A stretch of DNA of 32,000 nucleotides, taken from Coprobacillaceae bacterium. Lineage in GTDB: Bacteria > Bacillota_I > Bacilli_A > Erysipelotrichales > Coprobacillaceae. Position 1 is the stretch's first letter; every line of letters begins with the position of its first letter. The stretch spans positions 1,830,001-1,862,000 of the forward strand of contig OY780959.1 in the NCBI GenBank assembly GCA_963675915.1, in the 5' to 3' direction. Made by a program: the position numbers and the translations under genes. Below, in pieces: positions 25,009 through 32,000 of the stretch. The notes beneath the pieces were generated by a model. That model searched no databases, was not told the origin of the DNA, and saw only the letters and a list, made by a program, of their open reading frames with translations.

Positions 25009-25344
25009 CTATTTTTCACCAGAAAAGACCGCTTTTTCCAGTAAAGACAGGCGCTTAAGGATATCAACATTGGTATTGGCGTTCTCTTCCATGGTCGCAA
25101 TACTTTGGGCCTGGATGGCTTTTTCACGTTCAAGCATGGCAATTTTCTCATTCAGTTCACCAATCGTTTTTTTGTGAGTATCAATTTCTTCAAATGCCTT
25201 TGACAGCAACGCGGCGAATCTTTCATAATCTTCGCAGACGATATCCAAAAACAAATCAACCTCATCGGCATTGTATCCTTTAAAATCAATTTTGAATTCC
25301 TTGTTCTCGATTTTTTTAGGGGTCAATTGAATTTTCTTTTCCAT
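25009..25344 (-). CDS. gpsB: Cell-division/cell-cycle protein GpsB (DivIVA-domain protein)
   Basis: LTPKKIENKEFKIDFKGYNADEVDLFLDIV is the DivIVA/GpsB N-terminal domain. Short coiled-coil C-terminus. 111 aa. Confidence 0.85.
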   Translation of the reverse strand: MEKKIQLTPKKIENKEFKIDFKGYNADEVDLFLDIVCEDYERFAALLSKAFEEIDTHKKTIGELNEKIAMLEREKAIQAQSIATMEENANTNVDILKRLSLLEKAVFSGEK

Positions 25345-25505
25345 AGTTTTACCTCTTCTTTTATAACATGTTATTACTAATATAATAGTACCACTTTTTC
25401 ACATAAGTGTCATCTTTATTTTATTCGATAAATAGTGTATAATTATTTAAGCCTAATTTAGATGACAAAATCTAGCTTTTAATGTATAATCGAAGGAGGT
25501 TTTTG

Positions 25506-26114
25506 ATGATTAAGTACCCTAACGGAAAGAAAACCAAGTTAATTATTAAACCTAAAAGCAAAGTCAACACAGCCTACCGGGGGATGAATCTGGAGGAGGA
25601 TATCAACCTCTCCAACAAATACTATCTATCCACGAACATGGCTGTCATATATAAGAAACCGACACCTATCCAGATAGTCAAAGTGGACTATCCCAAACGT
25701 TCCGCAGCCAAAATAGTCGAAGGTTATTTCCAAACCAGGTCGACTACCGACTACAACGGGGTGTTCCAAGGTCGCTATATTGACTTCGAAGCTAAAGAAA
25801 CTAAAAAAGAATCGTTTCCTTTCACCAGCATCCATGATCACCAGATTGAACATCTAAAAGCGGTTGTGGAACATGGCGGAATTGGATTCATCATCATCGC
25901 TTTTACAAAATACGACGAAGTCTATCTCATTGACGCTCAGTACGTTGTCGACAAGTATTGCAACGCAACCAGCAAGCACATCAGTTACAGCGAAGCCCAG
26001 CAAATCGGGCATCTGATTCCTCAGGGGTATCACCCCCGACTAGACTACTTACAAATTGTTAAAGCAATCTACATGGAGGTTAAACATGGCCAAAAAGAAG
26101 AAAAAGAAAATTAA
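25506..26114 (+). CDS. recU: Holliday junction resolvase RecU
   Basis: MIKYPNGK..., RGMNLEEDINLSNKYYL, AVIYKKPTPIQIV, YPKRSAAKI, STTDYNGVFQGRYIDFEAKETK, HDHQIEHLK. Near-colinear with B. subtilis RecU. GAAGGAGG RBS before ATG 25506. Confidence 0.92.
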   Translation: MIKYPNGKKTKLIIKPKSKVNTAYRGMNLEEDINLSNKYYLSTNMAVIYKKPTPIQIVKVDYPKRSAAKIVEGYFQTRSTTDYNGVFQGRYIDFEAKETKKESFPFTSIHDHQIEHLKAVVEHGGIGFIIIAFTKYDEVYLIDAQYVVDKYCNATSKHISYSEAQQIGHLIPQGYHPRLDYLQIVKAIYMEVKHGQKEEKEN

Positions 26115-28794
26115 AATTTTTAGAATAATCATTGTCGGATTGGTACTTGCCATTATTGCGACATTCTCCGGAGTCGGATGGTTCAGCTACAACGTAATCA
26201 TGAACGCGCCCGAATTCGAGGTCGAAAAAATAACTTCAGGAGAACCTTCGCGTCTTTACGATGCCGATGGCTCCCTGGTCTACACCTACGGTTCCGACAC
26301 CAACGGTACCCGCGAAAACATCACCTACGAGGATATCCCTCAGGTTATGATCGATGCAATTGTCTCCGCAGAAGATTCCCGCTTTTTCACTAACCCGGGA
26401 TTCGATTTACCTCGACTTTTCGTAGCAGCAGTTTCCAATGTACTTTCTTTTATCAATGGAGGCGGAATTGTCGGTGGGGGATCGACCATCACCCAACAGT
26501 TGATCAAGAAATCATTCTATCCAGCCGAGCAGGAAACAATCGAGCGTAAACTAGGTGAAATGTACCTGGCATACCAGGCAACTCAGCAACTTTCAAAAGA
26601 AGAGATTGTCACCGCATATCTTAATAAGATTTATTTTGGTAATTCGACTTCAGCAATCGGAATCGAATCGGCCAGCAAATATTACTTCAATAAAAGCTGC
26701 TCGGAATTGACCTTGCCTGAGGCGGCCCTGTTGGCCGGAGCCTTGAACAAGCCATACCGCTACGATCCATACAACAACCTGGAGGAAGCGACCAACCGCA
26801 GAAACACCATCCTTTCACTGATGCAAATGCACGGTTACATCACTCAAGCAGAGTATGACAATGCAGTTAAAATCAAATTAGAAAACATGCTCTATTCACC
26901 TAGCGTCCTTGGCAACGGCTCTTATCTCGACGCCTATATCGACATTGTTACCCAGGAAGTAATAGAGGAAACCGGAAACGATCCTCGTGAAATCACAATG
27001 AACATCTACACCTTCCTGGATACCAATATTCAAGAGTTCGTCTACAATGAAGCTTCCGACCAGAGCAACTACACCGATGAAGACATGCAGATTGCCGGAG
27101 CAGTCCAAGCATCTATGGACGGACGTCTGGTCGCAGTCATCGGATCCAAAGATTACGTTACCGGGGATTTGAACCTGGCAACAGTCAAAGAACAGCCTGG
27201 TTCATCGTTAAAACCGGTTATCTCATACGCAAATGCAATCGAGTATCTCGGTTGGTCAACTCAACACCCGACCAACGATACTGAATACACCAAAGGTGGC
27301 AGCTGGAATCCATCCAACTGGGATGATCAGGAACATGGAGAGGTCCTGATGCCAGAAGCCATCATGAAATCATGGAACCTGGCTGCGATCTGGGCCCTTG
27401 ATGAAGTCATCATGACAGTCGGACGCCAACAGGTTTACGACAATCTGATCGCAATGGGAATCGATATGTCGGCTACCATTCCTTCGGAACTTTCACCGGT
27501 ATATGCAATCGGTGGTTGGCCGGATGGTACTTCACCAATCGAATTGTGCAGTGTCTATTCAACAATCGCCAACAACGGTACTCATATCAAAAGCCATACC
27601 ATCAACTATATCCAACAAAGTGATGGCAATATCATTAAAGTTGATGAAAAATACCAACAAGAAGCAAATCAGACAATCTCGGCCGCTTCGGCTTATATGA
27701 TCCGTCAAGTCATGCTTGAATATGTCAGCACCGGTTACAGTTCTTACGGATACTTCAGAGGTTTGAGCAATATCATTGCCAAAACCGGTACTTCAAACTG
27801 GTCAAGCGCCCAGTCAAATGTCAGGCCGAATACCTCAAGGGATATCTGGATGACTTCGGCATCACCCGACTATACGGTTTCGATCTGGATGGGATTCATG
27901 CAGGAAGGAATCCTGCAAGGTAAAAACACCAGCGATTACCGCGCCAACTCGGCTTCGGTCAATGCCCAAATCCAGAAATTCCTGGCTTCATATGATCGTT
28001 CAAATTCATATCCAAGCAAGCCTGATGGAGTAATCAAGGTCAAAATCGCACCTTATGTTTATCCATACTTCCTGGCAACCAACGGAATCGATGCCTATTT
28101 CAAAGAAGGTACCGAACCGACTGATTATTATGTCCCTAGTGATTTCACTATCAAAACTCTTGATAACTTCACTGCCACATTGACTACCAGCAATAAAATC
28201 GCGGTAAGTTTCACCGAATACGATACCAGCGATATTCCTGATGTTATTTCCGCTTATGGCGACATCCTCTACTGTGTTGATGTCTACGACAAGGCCGGAA
28301 ATGTCATCTATAGCGGAACCTATCGAGACAATGTCGCAACCGTTGATTATGTCATCGCTGATGACGTGAACGTTGTCGGTTACTATTCATTCACCAACAA
28401 TCGCGATATCGTTTCCAACCAACAAGTTGTAAGTCTTGGTATCGCCAATCCGATTACCAGCAATATCGACTATAACATTGTCGATGGCAATCAGATAACT
28501 CTATTCGACGGGGATTCGACTGAATCAACCCGGTTGACTATCACAACCACCAAGCAGACCGAGGATTCTTCAATGATTATTTCGGTTCTTGATTCAGACA
28601 ATCAGGTTATTTCAACAGCATCGAACACCCGATTGACAGTTAAATCGCTGGTTCCAGGAACTTATACAGTTAAAATTACCGAAAGCGACAGTTATGGATC
28701 ATTTACCAAAAACGTTACTATCACAGTAATCGATCCTGACAGTACAACTATAACTACTGACCCAGGAAATTCCGGGAACGCGCCATCTCGTTAA
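26086..28794 (+). CDS. ponA: Bifunctional class-A penicillin-binding protein PBP1A (glycosyltransferase + transpeptidase) with a C-terminal extension
   Basis: Lys-rich N-terminus plus TM. GT51 motifs (AIVSAEDSRFFTNPGFD, GGSTITQQLIKK, RKLGEM). Transpeptidase SxxK context (QPGSSLKP) and KTGT (AKTGTSNW). GGAGG RBS before ATG 26086, so the start overlaps the recU 3' end by 29 nt. recU-ponA order as in Bacillus. Confidence 0.9.
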   Translation: MAKKKKKKIKIFRIIIVGLVLAIIATFSGVGWFSYNVIMNAPEFEVEKITSGEPSRLYDADGSLVYTYGSDTNGTRENITYEDIPQVMIDAIVSAEDSRFFTNPGFDLPRLFVAAVSNVLSFINGGGIVGGGSTITQQLIKKSFYPAEQETIERKLGEMYLAYQATQQLSKEEIVTAYLNKIYFGNSTSAIGIESASKYYFNKSCSELTLPEAALLAGALNKPYRYDPYNNLEEATNRRNTILSLMQMHGYITQAEYDNAVKIKLENMLYSPSVLGNGSYLDAYIDIVTQEVIEETGNDPREITMNIYTFLDTNIQEFVYNEASDQSNYTDEDMQIAGAVQASMDGRLVAVIGSKDYVTGDLNLATVKEQPGSSLKPVISYANAIEYLGWSTQHPTNDTEYTKGGSWNPSNWDDQEHGEVLMPEAIMKSWNLAAIWALDEVIMTVGRQQVYDNLIAMGIDMSATIPSELSPVYAIGGWPDGTSPIELCSVYSTIANNGTHIKSHTINYIQQSDGNIIKVDEKYQQEANQTISAASAYMIRQVMLEYVSTGYSSYGYFRGLSNIIAKTGTSNWSSAQSNVRPNTSRDIWMTSASPDYTVSIWMGFMQEGILQGKNTSDYRANSASVNAQIQKFLASYDRSNSYPSKPDGVIKVKIAPYVYPYFLATNGIDAYFKEGTEPTDYYVPSDFTIKTLDNFTATLTTSNKIAVSFTEYDTSDIPDVISAYGDILYCVDVYDKAGNVIYSGTYRDNVATVDYVIADDVNVVGYYSFTNNRDIVSNQQVVSLGIANPITSNIDYNIVDGNQITLFDGDSTESTRLTITTTKQTEDSSMIISVLDSDNQVISTASNTRLTVKSLVPGTYTVKITESDSYGSFTKNVTITVIDPDSTTITTDPGNSGNAPSR

Positions 28795-28816
28795 TTTAAA
28801 AATTTTAGCAATATCA

Positions 28817-28846
28817 AAAGGTACTTCCCTCGAGGGAAGTACCTTT
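28817..28846. terminator. Bidirectional terminator between ponA and the convergent GNAT gene
   Basis: Perfect 30-nt palindrome AAAGGTACTTCCCTCGAGGGAAGTACCTTT. Confidence 0.7.
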
Positions 28847-28850
28847 ATTA

Positions 28851-29402
28851 CTACAATAATATTTTAAATATTCTTCCATTCCTTTGATAAAGACCGTTGT
28901 CACTCGAACCGGAATATTGACCAACCGGTTCGCCCAAACGTTGATATAGTGAAAACGCCAGCGGATGGCTTGATTTCAAAAACAGGAAACGGTAGCCCTT
29001 GTTGCGATAGTACTCCATAATCATTCTAAGCCACTTTTCACCGTTGCCACGAGCTTGCAAAGCAATATGAAAATAGTTGAGCACAATCGTCAAATCTACA
29101 CGTTCATCAATAATATTCCGATCGCTGAAGAAGACATCACTGTCAATTTTGCCATGGCTGACCAGGGCGATTCCAAGACAGTCATGGTCATGTTCCAGCA
29201 CATGGAAATCCATTGTGATGTCCGGTCTTGCTTTTACTTTTTCAATCAGTTTGCTGCAGTGATAAACTTCGTTATAATCATCCCAGTCCTGCCGGGATTT
29301 GACAAGCAGGTTCTCAATTATGGGGGTCAGAAACCGGCCTTCGAATTTGGCGGTAACCCCGAAAACAAATCCAGCCCGGCGATCGATAATTTCCATTTCC
29401 AT
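28851..29402 (-). CDS. GNAT-family N-acetyltransferase-like protein
   Basis: Acetyl-CoA loop-like FHIALQARGNGEKWL (QxxGxG). Translationally coupled to nth (TGATG overlap if ATG 29402, or TTG 29405 as in the track). Confidence 0.55.
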   Translation of the reverse strand: MEMEIIDRRAGFVFGVTAKFEGRFLTPIIENLLVKSRQDWDDYNEVYHCSKLIEKVKARPDITMDFHVLEHDHDCLGIALVSHGKIDSDVFFSDRNIIDERVDLTIVLNYFHIALQARGNGEKWLRMIMEYYRNKGYRFLFLKSSHPLAFSLYQRLGEPVGQYSGSSDNGLYQRNGRIFKILL

Positions 29403-30049
29403 CAAACATTCATCCTTTTATATTTTATCTTATCCTTGCACATATCAAAAAGTTCACATTCGCTGCAGCTGGGATTAACAGCCTTGCAGAAGTAACGTCC
29501 GAAAAATATGAATTGCGAGTGAGCTTTGACTTGCTTTTCGCGCGGTATCGATTGCTGCAGTTTCTCTTCGATTTTAGTCACACTGTCATCTTGCTTGGCA
29601 AAACCCAGACGCTTGGATACTCTAGCGACATGAGTGTCGACCGGAATTGCCGGAATCTGGAACCCTTCCACCAGCAATACATTGGCAGTTTTGCGTCCTA
29701 CTCCGGGCAAACGCTCCAATTCACTTCTTTTGGCAGGAACCTTTCCGCCAAACTCATCGAGCAGCATCCGGCTCATCGCTTTGAGGTTTTTGGCTTTGTT
29801 TTTATAAAGCCCCAGCAGCCTGATTGAATCTTCAAGCTGTGATAATTCAGCCTCAGCAACCGCTTCTATCGTCGGAAACTTTTCAAAAAGTTTCACAGTT
29901 ACCTGATTCACCTTCTTGTCGGTGGTCTGGGCCGAAAGCATGACCGCCACCAAAAGTTCATAAATACTCCGATAGTTGAGTTCACAGCAGGCATCCGGAT
30001 AGAGTGCATCAAAATAATCAAGAACCCGGCTAGTCTTGGTCAAATTCAT
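29402..30049 (-). CDS. nth: Endonuclease III
   Basis: HhH-GPD (LERLPGVGRKTANVLL, VDTHV), FeS cluster loop CKAVNPSCSECELFDMC. ATG 30049 forms an ATGA overlap with the dnaD stop, and MNLTKTS... aligns with the B. subtilis Nth N-terminus. The track start 30064 is a TTG. Confidence 0.9.
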   Translation of the reverse strand: MNLTKTSRVLDYFDALYPDACCELNYRSIYELLVAVMLSAQTTDKKVNQVTVKLFEKFPTIEAVAEAELSQLEDSIRLLGLYKNKAKNLKAMSRMLLDEFGGKVPAKRSELERLPGVGRKTANVLLVEGFQIPAIPVDTHVARVSKRLGFAKQDDSVTKIEEKLQQSIPREKQVKAHSQFIFFGRYFCKAVNPSCSECELFDMCKDKIKYKRMNV

Positions 30050-30642
30050 GATTTGCTCAGCCAATCGAAGTTAACGACATCGTAATCAACATTGCGTTCC
30101 GGCTTGCTGTGGTCAAAGCGGTGTTTTACTCCGTTTTGCCGCCAATTGCTTAGAATTTTTTCAATATAGTTCAGTTTGGGAACTCCTGATTTGATTGCTT
30201 CTTTGAGGGCATCGAGAATCATCTCTTCACTGTATCCTTGAGAATTGAAACCTCTGATAACTTCCAATTCAATCGGGCTCAGACTACGGCCGAAGTTTTC
30301 CTGGAAAACGGTAATCAGATCCTGCTTTTTTTGTTCGACCTGACGCATATCGTAGCGCCCCAAAAGGTATTCTTGAAGATTATGGATTTTAATCAGACCT
30401 CCGGCATCAATAATCAACTCCTTGTTCAACAGGAGTTTGATTGTATCATCGAGCATCGCATCAGTGAAACCGACATATTTCGACAGTTCGATAATGGTAA
30501 TGGCCCTGCCGCTGAACTCTTCCAGGTTCATGATATGCAACAACAAGTACACCTCATTGTCAGTCAGGTAAAGTTCCTTCCCCCTTAACAGCAACAGTTT
30601 TTGGACATCAATAAGATTGTTTTTACTAAGATAATTTATCAT
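30046..30642 (-). CDS. dnaD: DnaD-domain replication initiation / membrane attachment protein
   Basis: In the dnaD-nth position as in Bacillus. DnaD-like C-terminal repeat (FQENFGRSLSPIELEVIRGF...EEMILDALKEA, ..YIEKILSNWRQNGV). Confidence 0.8.
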   Translation of the reverse strand: MINYLSKNNLIDVQKLLLLRGKELYLTDNEVYLLLHIMNLEEFSGRAITIIELSKYVGFTDAMLDDTIKLLLNKELIIDAGGLIKIHNLQEYLLGRYDMRQVEQKKQDLITVFQENFGRSLSPIELEVIRGFNSQGYSEEMILDALKEAIKSGVPKLNYIEKILSNWRQNGVKHRFDHSKPERNVDYDVVNFDWLSKS

Positions 30643-30643
30643 A

Positions 30644-31114
30644 TTACAAGATATATGCCTTGATCAACACACCAGTGTTGATGTTGTAGTAAGCATATAT
30701 CAATTCCTCCTCTCCCACATATTTCAAAGCGTATACCATCGTGGAATTTTCGTATCCAACTTCAATTTTAGAAGCCTCAAAGCCATACTCTTCCCTAAAC
30801 TCCCCCAGCACCTGTTCCGTATCGATCGGGTTCGATGGTCTCTTGGCAACCAGTTGATTTTCATCATTGATGACGACATAGAAGTTTTCATCATTCTCGA
30901 CAATCTCCAGGATGTAGTAGAGATCATCACCCTGATATTCATTGAAATAACCGTTGTACTCATACTGGTTTGCTGCAACTATGTCATCCCGGATTCGGTT
31001 CAACCGGGCCACATTGTCGCTATAGGGGATATGAACGACAAACAGGAATCCCAGTGCGATGGCAACCACCAAGGCAATTATTGCGATTAATAAAAATTTA
31101 AACCATTTTTTCAT
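30644..31114 (-). CDS. YpmB-like membrane-anchored PepSY-type protein
   Basis: N-terminal TM anchor followed by a small beta-rich ectodomain. Its stop is 1 nt before the dnaD start. Bacillus has ypmB in the same neighbourhood. The family call is from weak pattern memory. Confidence 0.5.
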   Translation of the reverse strand: MKKWFKFLLIAIIALVVAIALGFLFVVHIPYSDNVARLNRIRDDIVAANQYEYNGYFNEYQGDDLYYILEIVENDENFYVVINDENQLVAKRPSNPIDTEQVLGEFREEYGFEASKIEVGYENSTMVYALKYVGEEELIYAYYNINTGVLIKAYIL

Positions 31115-31199
31115 GCATATCCTCCAAATTTCACTATTAATAATATCATAATCCAGCCGCGTTTAATAGTCAATCAGGTAACTGGATCTCGTTCAATAA

Positions 31200-31233
31200 A
31201 ATAAAAAAGTCGGGAAGACCGGTAAGTCTTCCC
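31200..31233 (-). terminator. Terminator of the Zn-metallopeptidase gene
   Basis: On the minus strand: GGGAAGAC ttaccg GTCTTCCC followed by GACTTTTTTATTTT. Confidence 0.65.
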
Positions 31234-31254
31234 AACCATTCGTACGGTTATCGT

Positions 31255-31938
31255 TTAGTCCCGTGAGCTGCCGCTGAGAATCAGCACATATCTCAAAATT
31301 GACATCGCTGTTGCAAACGCAGCGGCAACATAAGTAAGCGCAGCGGCGTTAAGCATCGAACGGGCCCCGTCCATTTCATCATTGGAAAGGTAACGGGCTT
31401 CGAGAATCGAAAGCGCCCGAGCCGAAGCATCAAACTCAACCGGCAAAGTCACCAATTGGAAAGCAAGAATCCCAAATAACAGAATTACTCCAATCCAAGC
31501 CAGGGACGAAGATCCGGTCAGAAAACCAATCATGATTGCAGCCCAACCCAGGTAATTTCCGACATTGGCAAACGGAACAATAATCCCGCGCATTTTCATC
31601 GGCTGATAATTCTGTTGATGCTGGATTGCATGTCCGCACTCATGAGCGGCAATTGAAATTGCAGCAATCGAATTACCGTTATAGTTACCTTCCGATAGGT
31701 TGACCACCTTTTGAATCGGATGATAGTGATCAGTCAGCTGCCCTTTGACCGGGCGGACTGCCACATCATACAGACCATTGCTGTCAAGGATTTCCCGAGC
31801 CACTTGAGCCCCGGTTACTGACAGATGATTTGAAATTTTAGTATATTTGCGGTAAGCACTTCTAATCTTTGATTGAGTGACCATCATGAACACCATGGCT
31901 ACGATGACCAGTAAATAACCTAACATATATGTTCCCAT
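31255..31938 (-). CDS. yugP: YugP-family membrane zinc metallopeptidase
   Basis: HExxH in IAAHECGHAIQH, flanking TM helices, typical family layout. GAGGTG RBS 6 nt before ATG 31938. The track start 31947 is the GTG inside the RBS. Confidence 0.85.
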   Translation of the reverse strand: MGTYMLGYLLVIVAMVFMMVTQSKIRSAYRKYTKISNHLSVTGAQVAREILDSNGLYDVAVRPVKGQLTDHYHPIQKVVNLSEGNYNGNSIAAISIAAHECGHAIQHQQNYQPMKMRGIIVPFANVGNYLGWAAIMIGFLTGSSSLAWIGVILLFGILAFQLVTLPVEFDASARALSILEARYLSNDEMDGARSMLNAAALTYVAAAFATAMSILRYVLILSGSSRD

Positions 31939-32000
31939 TGTTTTCACCTCTTGAACAACATTCTAAATCATGTTTATGAACTAAATATTACAAAAAACAG

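Noticed and set aside
24923-25177. ORFs 24923..25177 (+) and 24945..25151 (-)
   Set aside because: They overlap the 5' part of rnpB and the gpsB coding region and have no RBS. The region is explained by the RNA gene and gpsB.
30046-30049. Possibility of genetic code 4 (TGA = Trp), given the low GC and the Mollicutes-like compact rnpB
   Set aside because: TGA terminates dnaD and nth at ATGA and TGATG overlaps, with homology ending there. Trp is encoded by TGG throughout, for example in recA, ponA and rny.
1-32000. CRISPR arrays, IS elements or transposases, integrases, prophage genes, toxin-antitoxin or defence systems, tRNA/rRNA genes
   Set aside because: I scanned all spacers and ORF translations. 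I found no regularly spaced direct repeats, no DDE/tyrosine/serine recombinase motifs, no cloverleaf-like sequences and no terminal inverted repeats at the island edges.

Overview
Low-GC (about 40% by eye) Bacillota-type chromosome using the standard genetic code: TGA is a stop, seen in ATGA and TGATG gene overlaps. Most of the window is conserved housekeeping DNA on the minus strand, with Bacillus-like synteny. In order: mutS (5' part), then guaB, ymcA and miaB, a polar amino-acid ABC importer, ymdB, rny, recA, cinA (C-terminal domain only), pgsA, rodZ/ymfM-like, a type-B RNase P RNA (rnpB, not visible in the ORF track), gpsB, recU and ponA (plus strand), and a ypmB-like/dnaD/nth/GNAT operon followed by a yugP-like Zn-peptidase. 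The Bacillus sporulation neighbours spoVS and cotE are absent. The non-core part is about 12 kb (about 549-12881) between mutS and guaB. It holds two parallel 'class-III aminotransferase + iron-containing alcohol dehydrogenase' gene pairs, one of which looks like GabT plus 4-hydroxybutyrate dehydrogenase. It also holds two PucR-family regulators and a polar amino-acid ABC importer whose binding protein is encoded in a different operon from its permease and ATPase. A cytidylate-kinase-like protein is translationally coupled to the permease, and a DUF89 phosphatase stands alone. My best candidate for an undescribed system is this island. I read it as an omega-amine to aldehyde to alcohol nitrogen-harvesting locus, predicted to turn GABA into 4-hydroxybutyrate, with a shared 35-nt AT-rich element upstream of both transaminase operons. 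I found no CRISPR array, transposase, integrase, tRNA, rRNA or recognisable riboswitch. Coordinates for non-CDS features come from hand counting and may be off by 1-2 nt. All homology statements come from motif recognition and memory, not from searches.
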